Of a stretch of DNA of 64,000 bases, positions 21,601 through 28,815 are shown one piece after another (position 1 is the first letter of the stretch; every line of letters starts with the position of its first letter). Source of the stretch: a virus (lineage: Duplodnaviria; Caudoviricetes); IMG/VR virus record IMGVR_UViG_3300021431_004524, positions 160,001 to 224,000 of that record. The stretch is one strand, 5' to 3'. Both the position numbers and the translations under genes were made by a program. The notes under the pieces were generated by a model. That model saw nothing but the letters and a program-made list of their open reading frames with translations. It ran no database searches and was not told where the DNA came from.

Positions 21601-22904
21601 CACTTACAGTAAGTGCAAGAACGGTTACTCTTACTTGGGGTACGACTTCTTGGACTTATGACAAGACGGCACACTCTACTACGTGTACATTGGGTAATGT
21701 TGTAAGCGGTGATACGTGTACAGTTACTTTAACAGGTAACTCTATCACTGATGTCGGTTCAACAACTGTCACAGCAAGTAGCCTAAGCAATAGCAACTAT
21801 GCATTGCCATCAAGTAAGACCGCAACACTTACAGTGACAGCAAGAACGGTTACACTTACATGGGGTGATGTCACGTGGGTATATGACGGTGCAGCACACA
21901 GCACAACATGTAAAGCAGGAAACCTCGCAAGTGGTGATACATGCACTGTGACACTTAGTGGTAATAGTATAACCAACAAAGGTACGACAACTGTCACAGC
22001 AAGTAGCCTAAGCAATAGCAACTATGCATTGCCATCAAGTAAGACCGCAACACTTACAGTGACAGCAAGACAAATCAATGTTACGGCAGGTTCTACCTCT
22101 AAGACCTATGACGGTACTGCTTTGACATACAATAGTGCAACAGCAGAGTCTACCGGTACTAACAGAGGTCTTGTAAGTGGCCATTCTATGACTTCTTGCA
22201 CAGTCACAGGCACAATTACCACCAAGGGTTCTGCCGATAATACACCAAGTTCTGCTGTTATTAAGAGTGGTAGTACAGACGTTACATCAAACTATAGTAT
22301 TACTTACGTTAAGGGTTCGCTTACCGTTAATGCAAGGGCTGTCACATCTACGGCTACTGATGAGTCATGGACTTATGACGGAAATGCACATAGTGCTTCT
22401 AACACGGGTACTACGACTAACTTGCCAACCGGCCATACAGCAACATACACTTGCTCAGGTAGTATAACCAATGCAGGTACAGCCACTAAGACATTGAGTA
22501 GTGTCGTTATCAAGAACAGTGGTGGAACTGATGTATCGTCAAGTTTCACAATAACAAAGAATAACGGTACGTTAACAGTTACTAAGGCAAATATTACTCC
22601 ATCAGTCTCTATGAATGGATGGGTATGGGGTGAAACAGCACAGAGTCCTTCTGTAAGTGGCAATAGTGGCAGTGGCGTAGTAACCTATACATACAAGTAT
22701 CCTGGTACAAGTACTTATACTTCAACTGCTCCGGTTTCTAAATCAGATATCGGTACATATACAGTTAAAGCCTCTATTGCTGAATCAACAAACTACAACG
22801 CAGGCGAAGCAACCAATACATTCTCGATTATTACGAACTTCAAACCAAGTGGTTCTGATGCTTTAATAACATCTAACGGCCAATACTTCGAAGTTAGTAC
22901 TTAA
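15627..22904 (+). CDS. Giant T/S/G-rich Ig-like repeat adhesin or fibre protein (Big_2/MBG-like modules)
   Basis: 2425 aa of roughly 75-90-aa beta-rich modules; YSSSNT.VATV...G.VT (Big_2) twice; near-identical internal DNA repeats. Confidence 0.75.
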   Translation: MARNSEIFLGGDNSTLIYLGEEEHKIYLGSDLVYQPKISIASATVSVGSKTYNGSKQTASSITVTISGKTLTVGEDYQITSNSGGTNVGNYTVTVTGIGLYKDAASGTFTINKVTPTVTAPTAKVLTYNGSAQVLATAGSTNFGTLKYSLDNSTWQTAVPAATNQGSYTLYYKVDGDSNINSVAAKSITCSINAKQVTATVELSQTKYTYNGSAFKPTVTVKDGSTVIPASEYTVTYSNNVNAGTATVTINDNTGGNYEVIGSADFTINKAAGSISYETTTVNKTYGNSAFTNALTKTGDGSVTYSSSNTNVATVNSSGQVTIKAAGSVTITATVTDGTNYAYATKTASYTLSVAKATPTVTAPTAKNLTYNGGAQTLINAGSTTGGTIQYKLGTGSYSTSLPSATNKGSYTVYYKVVGNSNYNDVAEASVTVEIKAKALTITAKDQTVSYGTAITQGTGQVTVSGLVSGDTLTAITLTQSTVNVTTTGTITPSAAATTNGIGNYSVTYTNGKLTITAVEPIKTDPVKIGNLTYNGSAQNLVTAGTSSHGTFSYKLSTASTYGSSIPTGTNAGTYSVDWKFVADANHGGGTVTGTITNISIAQKSLTIAAKKQSVVYGTAITQGTNQVTVTGLVSGDSLTAITLTQSTVNVTTTGTITPSAAATTKGISNYSVTYDTANLTITQKALTITAKAQTVNYGTAITQGTGQVTVTGLVTGDSLTAITLTQSTVNVTTTGTITPSAAATTNGISNYSVTYNTGVLTINKVSASVTKKPTAKSLTYNTEAQALVNAGTANGGTMYYQMTTSNSKPTNTSGFSATIPTGTNAGTYYVWYYVKGDSNHTDTAISETAVTVTINSKAIVIPTPTGVEKTYDGTAASATFSAATGATITKYRYSTDNSSWTESSSNPIQTNHGTLYTQAYYTASANYTGSGWSSSATISIAKAAPTYTAPTAKTGLVYSGSAQALLNAGSTSHGTIQYSSDNTNWGTTIPTGTNVNTYTSYWRLVGDNNHTDVSSKSLSTSIGKVTPTVTAPTAKSLTYTGSAQTLANAASTNFGTLQYSLDDTNWSTTIPTGTNAASYTVYYRVVGNSNINDVASDSITCSIGKAAGSISYATTTVDKTYGNSAFTNALTKTGDGSVTYSSSNTSIATVNTSGQVTIKAAGSATITATVTDGSNYTYATKTASYTLNVAKANLSASVSMDGWTYGGTASSPSVSGNSGGGSVTYSYKVSGAADSTYTTTKPSNAGNYVVRAVIAETANYNGATVTNTFTIAKANPAYTAPTAKTLTYNGSAQALLNAGSTSHGTIQYSSDNSTWGTSIPTGTNATSYTSYWRLVGDSNHKDVSSKSLSTSIGKVTPTVTAPTAKVLTYNGSAQTLANAASTNFGTLKYSLDNSTWQTAVPSATNQGSYTLYYKVDGDSNINSVAAKSIACSINEKEVTATVTLSQSTYTYSGSACTPTVTVKDGSTVIPASEYTVTYSNNVNAGTATVTITDNTGGNYNVTGSATFTINKANGSVTINATAPTYTGNAQSLVTVSGNTGTVHYRVGTSGSWTTTIPTGTGAGNYTVYWYMDASSNYKALNSSSSPASVAVTIAKANPSYEAPTAKTGLVYSGSAQALLNAGSTSHGTIQYSSDNSTWGTSIPTGTNATSYTSYWRLVGDGNHKDVSSKSLSTSIGKASGIAGVSSRSLSYTRGAQNLVTVSGNTGTVHYRVGTSGSWTTTIPTATNAATYTIYYYVDASTNYNGVGSSSSPNNVSTTIAKVTPVLSTSPSLRTGLNYTGSAQNLLSGGAMKHSSSDTTSVAGTFTYTQKTNAGTYTDPTWSFTPTDTTNYNSTSGKITGSVTIAKINPTYNAPTAKSGLVYNGVSQTLYNAGSNTTAGEFSYTSGTRKDAGSQTVSWTFTPTDTTNYNTKTGSFGVTIGQKEVTLSWGTLSWTYDKKEHSTTCTAGSLISGDTCYVTLTGNSITNVGTATVTASELGNSNYKLPSANTNTLTVSARTVTLTWGTTSWTYDKTAHSTTCTLGNVVSGDTCTVTLTGNSITDVGSTTVTASSLSNSNYALPSSKTATLTVTARTVTLTWGDVTWVYDGAAHSTTCKAGNLASGDTCTVTLSGNSITNKGTTTVTASSLSNSNYALPSSKTATLTVTARQINVTAGSTSKTYDGTALTYNSATAESTGTNRGLVSGHSMTSCTVTGTITTKGSADNTPSSAVIKSGSTDVTSNYSITYVKGSLTVNARAVTSTATDESWTYDGNAHSASNTGTTTNLPTGHTATYTCSGSITNAGTATKTLSSVVIKNSGGTDVSSSFTITKNNGTLTVTKANITPSVSMNGWVWGETAQSPSVSGNSGSGVVTYTYKYPGTSTYTSTAPVSKSDIGTYTVKASIAESTNYNAGEATNTFSIITNFKPSGSDALITSNGQYFEVST
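21762..22070 (+). repeat. Identical 84-bp direct repeat (21762-21845 = 21987-22070) inside the giant gene
   Basis: acaactgtcacagcaagtagcc...gtgacagcaaga occurs twice. Confidence 0.85.
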
Positions 22905-22951
22905 ATAATTTAAAATAATTCATTAATAAACAATATAAATAAATTTTAAAT

Positions 22952-23341
22952 ATGGCACAATATTCAAGTAGTTATACAGGTGCGCAAATTGACAGTGCTG
23001 CTAGTGAAACTGCATTCAATAATAGTATCGCAACCGGTACTACCGTAGCAAGCATGTCATCTTCAAGTAGGATTAACATCATAACCGTTTCGAGTGGAAC
23101 TTCTCAAACCCTTTCGTTCAGTTCGGCTTTAGCCGCTGGACGAGAGATACAGATTATAATAAAAGCCAACGGTGTAAAAGCACAAATATCCATCCCGCAT
23201 GACGGTTCTACTTGGTTCAATACAGTAGATGGCGAAGGTAAGACAATGACGGTTGCAAGCGGTAAATTAGGTGAAATCAATGTAATTAATGCAGGTACAA
23301 GCACATCACCTGTATATTATGTCCGTTACATCGGCGCATAA
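22952..23341 (+). CDS. Fibre-associated small protein, paralogous to the C-terminus of 24611..26599
   Basis: YTGAQID N-terminal motif; shared G.EI.II.KA...ASGK.GEINVI...Y.RY.GA end. Confidence 0.65.
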   Translation: MAQYSSSYTGAQIDSAASETAFNNSIATGTTVASMSSSSRINIITVSSGTSQTLSFSSALAAGREIQIIIKANGVKAQISIPHDGSTWFNTVDGEGKTMTVASGKLGEINVINAGTSTSPVYYVRYIGA

Positions 23342-23378
23342 TAAATTAAAATAAAAACAAAATACTATAAATTAAAAT

Positions 23379-24002
23379 ATGGCAAGATACACGTATATTA
23401 AAAGAGACGTAATTGATTATTATGTCGAATGTAATGAATTGTTATCTCCATCGTTTTTTCCAATCGGTGAGACTTGGGTTGACTTTATAAACAATAAATA
23501 TGTTCTCCTTTCTGATGAACAGGTTGCATTCCGTGAGGCTAATCCAGATGCGACAGTTCAGGAGGTTTGGGATATGCAACTTACCCCTCCTCACGTAAGG
23601 ACACTTGAAGAGGCCAAGGCTGAAATGATTCAGAGAATTGTTGAATACGATTCATCCGACAATGTTAATGCTTTCATAATAAATGATTCCGTGAAGGCTT
23701 GGTTCACTGCCGATGAACGTGCAAATTATCGTAACTCAATTGATTCTGCTGAAACACTCGGTATTGAAGAACTGACATTTTTTGCCGGCAATATGTTGGT
23801 TACAGTACCAACAGCAAACGCTAAGATAATGCTTGCACAGATTCAGTTATATGCCGACCAGTGCTACATTGTAACACAGTTGCACAAGGATACTGTTAAC
23901 AACCTTGAGACAATTGAGGCAGTTGATGCATTCGACTATACAAGCGGTTATCCTGAAATGCCTTCATTCGTAATTGAAGATATTGTAACTAATGAGGAAT
24001 AA
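23379..24002 (+). CDS. DUF4376-like tail-fibre assembly protein
   Basis: LEEAK...I..YD.S..VN.F; YA..CY.VT..H; FDYTSGYP. Confidence 0.75.
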   Translation: MARYTYIKRDVIDYYVECNELLSPSFFPIGETWVDFINNKYVLLSDEQVAFREANPDATVQEVWDMQLTPPHVRTLEEAKAEMIQRIVEYDSSDNVNAFIINDSVKAWFTADERANYRNSIDSAETLGIEELTFFAGNMLVTVPTANAKIMLAQIQLYADQCYIVTQLHKDTVNNLETIEAVDAFDYTSGYPEMPSFVIEDIVTNEE

Positions 24003-24042
24003 CACCATTTTTATAAAATAAAAGATAACACAATAAATATAA

Positions 24043-24573
24043 ATGGCAAATAAACACTTACAGCACGTAAAGAGTAACGATGTCAATAATGGTAGTCCGA
24101 AACTTCCTACTACTGACCAAATTTTACTTGGCGAGATTGGTATTAACTATGCTCATGGTTATGAACGTATGTCCATTAAGAACGATGCCAATAAAATTGT
24201 TGAGTTCGTTTCAAAGGAATATGTTGATACATCGGCAGGCCAAGCGGCTAATGTGAAAGAAGTTCAGATTGGTGGAACTACTCCTTCAGGGGATAATACC
24301 ATAGACATCTTCGTTGATACGTCAGTTGACCCTATTTCTGTTGATGTATATAGCAAACAGCAGATTGACACAAAGGTTGAAGCATTACAAGGAAAAGATG
24401 ATGACATTCAGGAAAAAATCGACAATATGATTGTTATCGGAGAAAACCCGACAACCGATACAGACACCGAAATAATCATCGATACATCTGAATCACCAGC
24501 AATCGCAGTGTATACCCAGGCACAAGTCGATGCGATTATTCAGAAACTTAAAGACGATAATCACCTTATTTAA
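24043..24573 (+). CDS. Short fibre/adaptor protein sharing its N-terminus with 14480..15622
   Basis: MANKH.QHVKSN..SPKLP...GE...NYA.GYER.S.KN shared. Confidence 0.7.
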   Translation: MANKHLQHVKSNDVNNGSPKLPTTDQILLGEIGINYAHGYERMSIKNDANKIVEFVSKEYVDTSAGQAANVKEVQIGGTTPSGDNTIDIFVDTSVDPISVDVYSKQQIDTKVEALQGKDDDIQEKIDNMIVIGENPTTDTDTEIIIDTSESPAIAVYTQAQVDAIIQKLKDDNHLI

Positions 24574-24610
24574 ATAGAAAATAATATTTATTAATATATT
24601 TTAAGAAAAA

Positions 24611-26599
24611 ATGGCAGTATTAAAATACAAAAATGGTTCGGGACAGTATGTTCCCATCTCAAATTATACCGTTCAGCCTATTGACCCCGTTCAAACGACT
24701 GGTAGTTCTACCACAGCAATTATGTCTCAGAACGCAGTTACGGTAGCCCTTAACGCTAAGGCAAACTCTGCTGATGTCTATACACAAACAGAGGCTAATA
24801 ACCTTATCTTTGGACAGAATACCGTTCCAAGCGGAACCGGTGCCGCAACAAACGTACAGCAACTTATCAATAAGACCGTCTATGGTACAACAACACCTTC
24901 TTCTGCTCAGAAAGAAGCAAACGTCGTAACAACTGAGAATCTTGCGACTACTCTTAGCGGATATGCAACAACAAGTGCCATCGCAGACTTCTTCGACGGT
25001 GCGGAATATACAAACGGTACAGGTACACTTGCAGGCAAGAAAGTAATTGCCTTCAAACATGGCTCTACTGTTAAGGTTCAACTCGATGCGACAGACTTCG
25101 TTAAGGACGGCATGCTTACAAATGCAGAAATAAAGGACGTTACCATCTCAGGACAAAGCGTTAAATGCCTTGTGCTTACATTCAATACCGATTCAGGTAA
25201 GAGCGACATCAATATTCCTGTTGAGGATATTTTTGATGCAAGCAACTATGTTGCAAAGGGTGAAGTTGATGAAATCGTCGCTGAGTCAGTGGCAGAAGCA
25301 GTGTCTCCTGAAGGAGGTACTCAAACAGAGGCTCAGAAAGCATTAACAGATGCGATTTCTGATGCCGTCGCAAAGGCTATCAAAGATGCTCTTGCTCCCG
25401 GTTCACAAGATACGACAGTTGTTCAGCAGATTGATAACACTATTACTAAGTATGTATATACACCTCAAGGTGGTAGCCAAATACAACTTACTGATGTAAT
25501 GACTGCAAGCCATACACATAGTAATATGGGTGTATTGGAAGGTATTACAGCAGAAAAGGTTAGTGCATGGGATAACGCATCTGCCGGTGGCGTAACTAAT
25601 GTTTCATATAACACGACTGACAAGGAAATTACTAAGACAGTAGGTGGAAAAACAACTTCAGTCGTAAGTGTTGCTACCTTGAAGACCGACATGAGACTTT
25701 CAAGCACAGATGTCGGCCTCGGTAACGTAGGTAACTTCAAGGCCGTTTCAACACTTGCAAACCAGGGACTTACTTCAGCAGAACAAGCAAATGCACGTGC
25801 AAACATCGGTGCCGGCACTTCTACATTCAGTGGTAATTACAGCGATTTGAATGGTAAACCTGCTCTCGGTGATGCCGCAGCAAAAGCCGTTGACACTTCA
25901 ATTGATGCTTCAAGTTCATCAACAAATATCCCAACTTCATCAGCAGTCGCAAGTTTCGTTGAAGGTAAGGGTTATTCAACCACTAATACAACTTATAAAC
26001 TTACTATCGGTGATACCACAAACGGTGATAGTGCTAACGGTGTAGACCTTGGTACACTTAAAAGCAAGGCAGCAGCCGCTTCAGGCACAGAGCTTTCACT
26101 TGTTACAACCGGTGAGAAGGATGTTTGGAACAACAAACAGGATGCTATTGCGTTCAACACTGCTTATAACGCAAACACCAACAAGGCCGCAACAATGAGT
26201 GATGTGCCAAAAATCGGTACAGCTGCCGGAACCGCATTTGACGGTGCTGACGGTGCTACTGCAAAGGCCGAAACAGATTTCTTGACAGGTTCTAACGGTA
26301 CAGACACGACTCCACTTACAAGCGTTGCAAATATTCCTGTCGACAAACGTCTTGTACGTGTAAATCTTAGTGGCGATGATAATTTCACCCTGGAAAGTTT
26401 ACCTGCTGCCGGACATGAAATACATATCATCGTTAAGGCAACTGACGCAGTTACAATTACCATACCATCTAGCACATCTGAGAATTTCTATGAGTGTCTG
26501 AATGACAGCACATCAATGAATATTGCAAGTGGCAAATACGGTGAAATCAACGTAATCTCAGATGGCGATAAAGCATATATCCGTTATCTTGGCGCATAA
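24611..26599 (+). CDS. Tail fibre protein
   Basis: G.STT..MSQ.AVT, SHTHSN, DVGLGNV, QANARANIGA, FSG.Y.DL..KP fibre motifs. Confidence 0.75.
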   Translation: MAVLKYKNGSGQYVPISNYTVQPIDPVQTTGSSTTAIMSQNAVTVALNAKANSADVYTQTEANNLIFGQNTVPSGTGAATNVQQLINKTVYGTTTPSSAQKEANVVTTENLATTLSGYATTSAIADFFDGAEYTNGTGTLAGKKVIAFKHGSTVKVQLDATDFVKDGMLTNAEIKDVTISGQSVKCLVLTFNTDSGKSDINIPVEDIFDASNYVAKGEVDEIVAESVAEAVSPEGGTQTEAQKALTDAISDAVAKAIKDALAPGSQDTTVVQQIDNTITKYVYTPQGGSQIQLTDVMTASHTHSNMGVLEGITAEKVSAWDNASAGGVTNVSYNTTDKEITKTVGGKTTSVVSVATLKTDMRLSSTDVGLGNVGNFKAVSTLANQGLTSAEQANARANIGAGTSTFSGNYSDLNGKPALGDAAAKAVDTSIDASSSSTNIPTSSAVASFVEGKGYSTTNTTYKLTIGDTTNGDSANGVDLGTLKSKAAAASGTELSLVTTGEKDVWNNKQDAIAFNTAYNANTNKAATMSDVPKIGTAAGTAFDGADGATAKAETDFLTGSNGTDTTPLTSVANIPVDKRLVRVNLSGDDNFTLESLPAAGHEIHIIVKATDAVTITIPSSTSENFYECLNDSTSMNIASGKYGEINVISDGDKAYIRYLGA

Positions 26600-26637
26600 T
26601 ATTACATATAATAAAAATTATAAACTGATAATATAAA

Positions 26638-27285
26638 ATGGCAAAATATACATATATTAAAAGAGATGCAGTAGGCTTTTACGTAGAACTTGATAAACTG
26701 CTTACAAGTGATTTGTACTCAGACCTTGGCACGACATGGGAAGACTTCATCGATTTCAAATGGGTTCTCCTTTCTGATGAACAGGTCGCATTCCATGAGG
26801 CTAATCCGGATGCGACAGTTCAGGAGGTTTGGAATATGCAACTTACCCCTCCTCACGTAAGGACTCTTGAAGAGGCAAAGGCTGAAATGATTCAGAGAAT
26901 CGATGAATATGACCGAAGTTCAAATATTAATGGCTTCACAGTTAATCATGAAATCGAAGGCTGGCTTACGGCAGATGAGAGAAGTAACTACCGTTCTTCA
27001 ATCGAATCGTCTGAATTGTTAGGTGTTGAGACACTTTCATTCTATGTCGGTGACTACCTTATGGAAGTAACGACACAGGATGCTAAGTATATGCTTGCAC
27101 AGATTCAGTTATATGCCGACCAGTGCTATATGGTAACGAAACAGCATAAACTTTCGGTTGAGGCTCTTGATACAATCGAGGCAGTTGATGCATTCGACTA
27201 TACAAGCGGTTATCCGCAGAAACTTAACTTCGAGGTTGAAACTGAGAATGTTGAGGAAGTGCCAAGTGAACCAGCAGGAGAGTAA
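26638..27285 (+). CDS. DUF4376-like tail-fibre assembly protein (paralog of 23379..24002)
   Basis: High similarity with patches of identical DNA. Confidence 0.75.
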   Translation: MAKYTYIKRDAVGFYVELDKLLTSDLYSDLGTTWEDFIDFKWVLLSDEQVAFHEANPDATVQEVWNMQLTPPHVRTLEEAKAEMIQRIDEYDRSSNINGFTVNHEIEGWLTADERSNYRSSIESSELLGVETLSFYVGDYLMEVTTQDAKYMLAQIQLYADQCYMVTKQHKLSVEALDTIEAVDAFDYTSGYPQKLNFEVETENVEEVPSEPAGE

Positions 27286-27318
27286 TCACAATTCATGACG
27301 TTATTCATACCTATATAT

Positions 27319-27356
27319 AATAAATGCGGCCATTTTTCTTGACCGCATTTATTTTT
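27319..27356. terminator. Bidirectional terminator
   Basis: AATAAATGCGG...CCGCATTTATT between convergent genes. Confidence 0.75.
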
Positions 27357-27417
27357 GTTAATAACATTTCACTTATCCAAAAACACTTATAAGAAATACT
27401 ATACTATTTTTATAAAA

Positions 27418-28693
27418 TTATGCCGATTGTGGTGCATATATCACAGCACGGACATTATAGTAAGATTTTTTATATAGAGTAGAGGTTATTTGTGCGGTAC
27501 TACCAGACCATTGTCCGCCATAGCATTTAGTGGCATCTGTTTCGCGCCCCCCCTAAAACCGGATAAAAATATTTAGTGGTATTAACACCCCATTTATTAT
27601 GTAGTGAAACAAGTGCTAAATGAGGACCGTCATAACTGGTATCATATCTATTGCAAATAATCCTTGCCATACTACCTGTTGGCAGACACCAGTCACCTTG
27701 ATTTGTCCCTGTTGTATGATATCTCCAACAGCACTGTGCCGCCGGATGTATGTATTGACTATTAGTTGTGTTAGTTATTTTACTTGCTGTTTTCCATGCC
27801 GTACTATTTGAATTATCTACTGCAAGTATTTTTGCTGATAATTGTTCCGGTGTATCACTGCCTGTCATTCCACCAATAGTATAGCCATCGCCACCGTAAC
27901 ATGGAGAGTTACTTGAAGAATTGCCGGCATTACCGGTATCTGGCGTATAATAAGACATCGTATTTAATGAATAATAATAGTCGCCACTACATTTAATTCC
28001 AATCGGTATTACACCAGATGGTATTTCTGTCATACTATATACTTTTTTATCTGAACATAGAATATTATTATACCATCCAGAATCTGCAGGATATTGACCA
28101 ATATACACATAAGCACTTTTATTAAGTGTCTTATGTGTTGCCCGTACAGAAACACTTCTGTATGAACCACTATAAAAATCTTCTGTGGCTTTTATGTATT
28201 GATAACGACCTGACTGGTTTGAAAAAGTAAGCCATGTTATGTTTTTGCCAAACGTCCAATTATAATCAGATGCCGTTCCATAACTAACGCTCACATATTT
28301 GGCATTCTCGTTTGGATTAACAAATGCCGCCAAAGATACAGCACCATAATTATTTACGTCGTGCAAAGTAAGTTTTACACTACCTTCATTTTGCGTAAGT
28401 TCTAATTCTACGGTTTCACCTTGATATGTAATTGTAACAGTGCCACTCCTACTATTGGCAATATCAGTATTTTCTTGATAGGATATTGAAATATATCCGT
28501 TACTTTTATAATATGATGCGGATGATATCCATGTTTCGCTTTTTGATACGGTAACGCCGTCATCTTTTAATAATTCTCCACCATAATATATATTCACAGT
28601 AAAACCACCGCTTGTACCGGATACCGTTTTTTGATTATATTCCAACGTTAAACCGTTTTTAGTTTCATTTATTAACAATTCTCTTCTTCTCAT
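27418..28693 (-). CDS. BACON-domain plus CLec-fold putative receptor-binding protein, frameshifted at a G7 tract
   Basis: Two BACON-like repeats (W.., R.G.V); GDWCLP motif; ORF stops at 27527, but removing one G from G7 (27547-27553) extends it to ...YYNVRAVIYAPQSA* at 27418. Confidence 0.7.
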
Positions 28694-28815
28694 TTAAAGT
28701 ATAGTATATATAGTTTTATTTTTTTTAATATATTTTATTAAAATTTGTATAATAGTCACTAATTATTAGTGACTATATATACTTTTTTATAAAAATGAGA
28801 AGAAGAAATTTGTTA
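28673..28815. repeat. Nested inverted repeats across a divergent intergenic region
   Basis: 23-bp IR with 2 mismatches (28673-28695 / 28793-28815) covering both ATGs; 12-bp IR (28703-28714 / 28772-28783); 25-bp palindrome 28752-28776. Confidence 0.85.

Noticed and set aside
15627-22904. CRISPR array or non-coding repeat array
   Set aside because: The repeats are in-frame protein modules, with no constant repeat and unique spacer pattern
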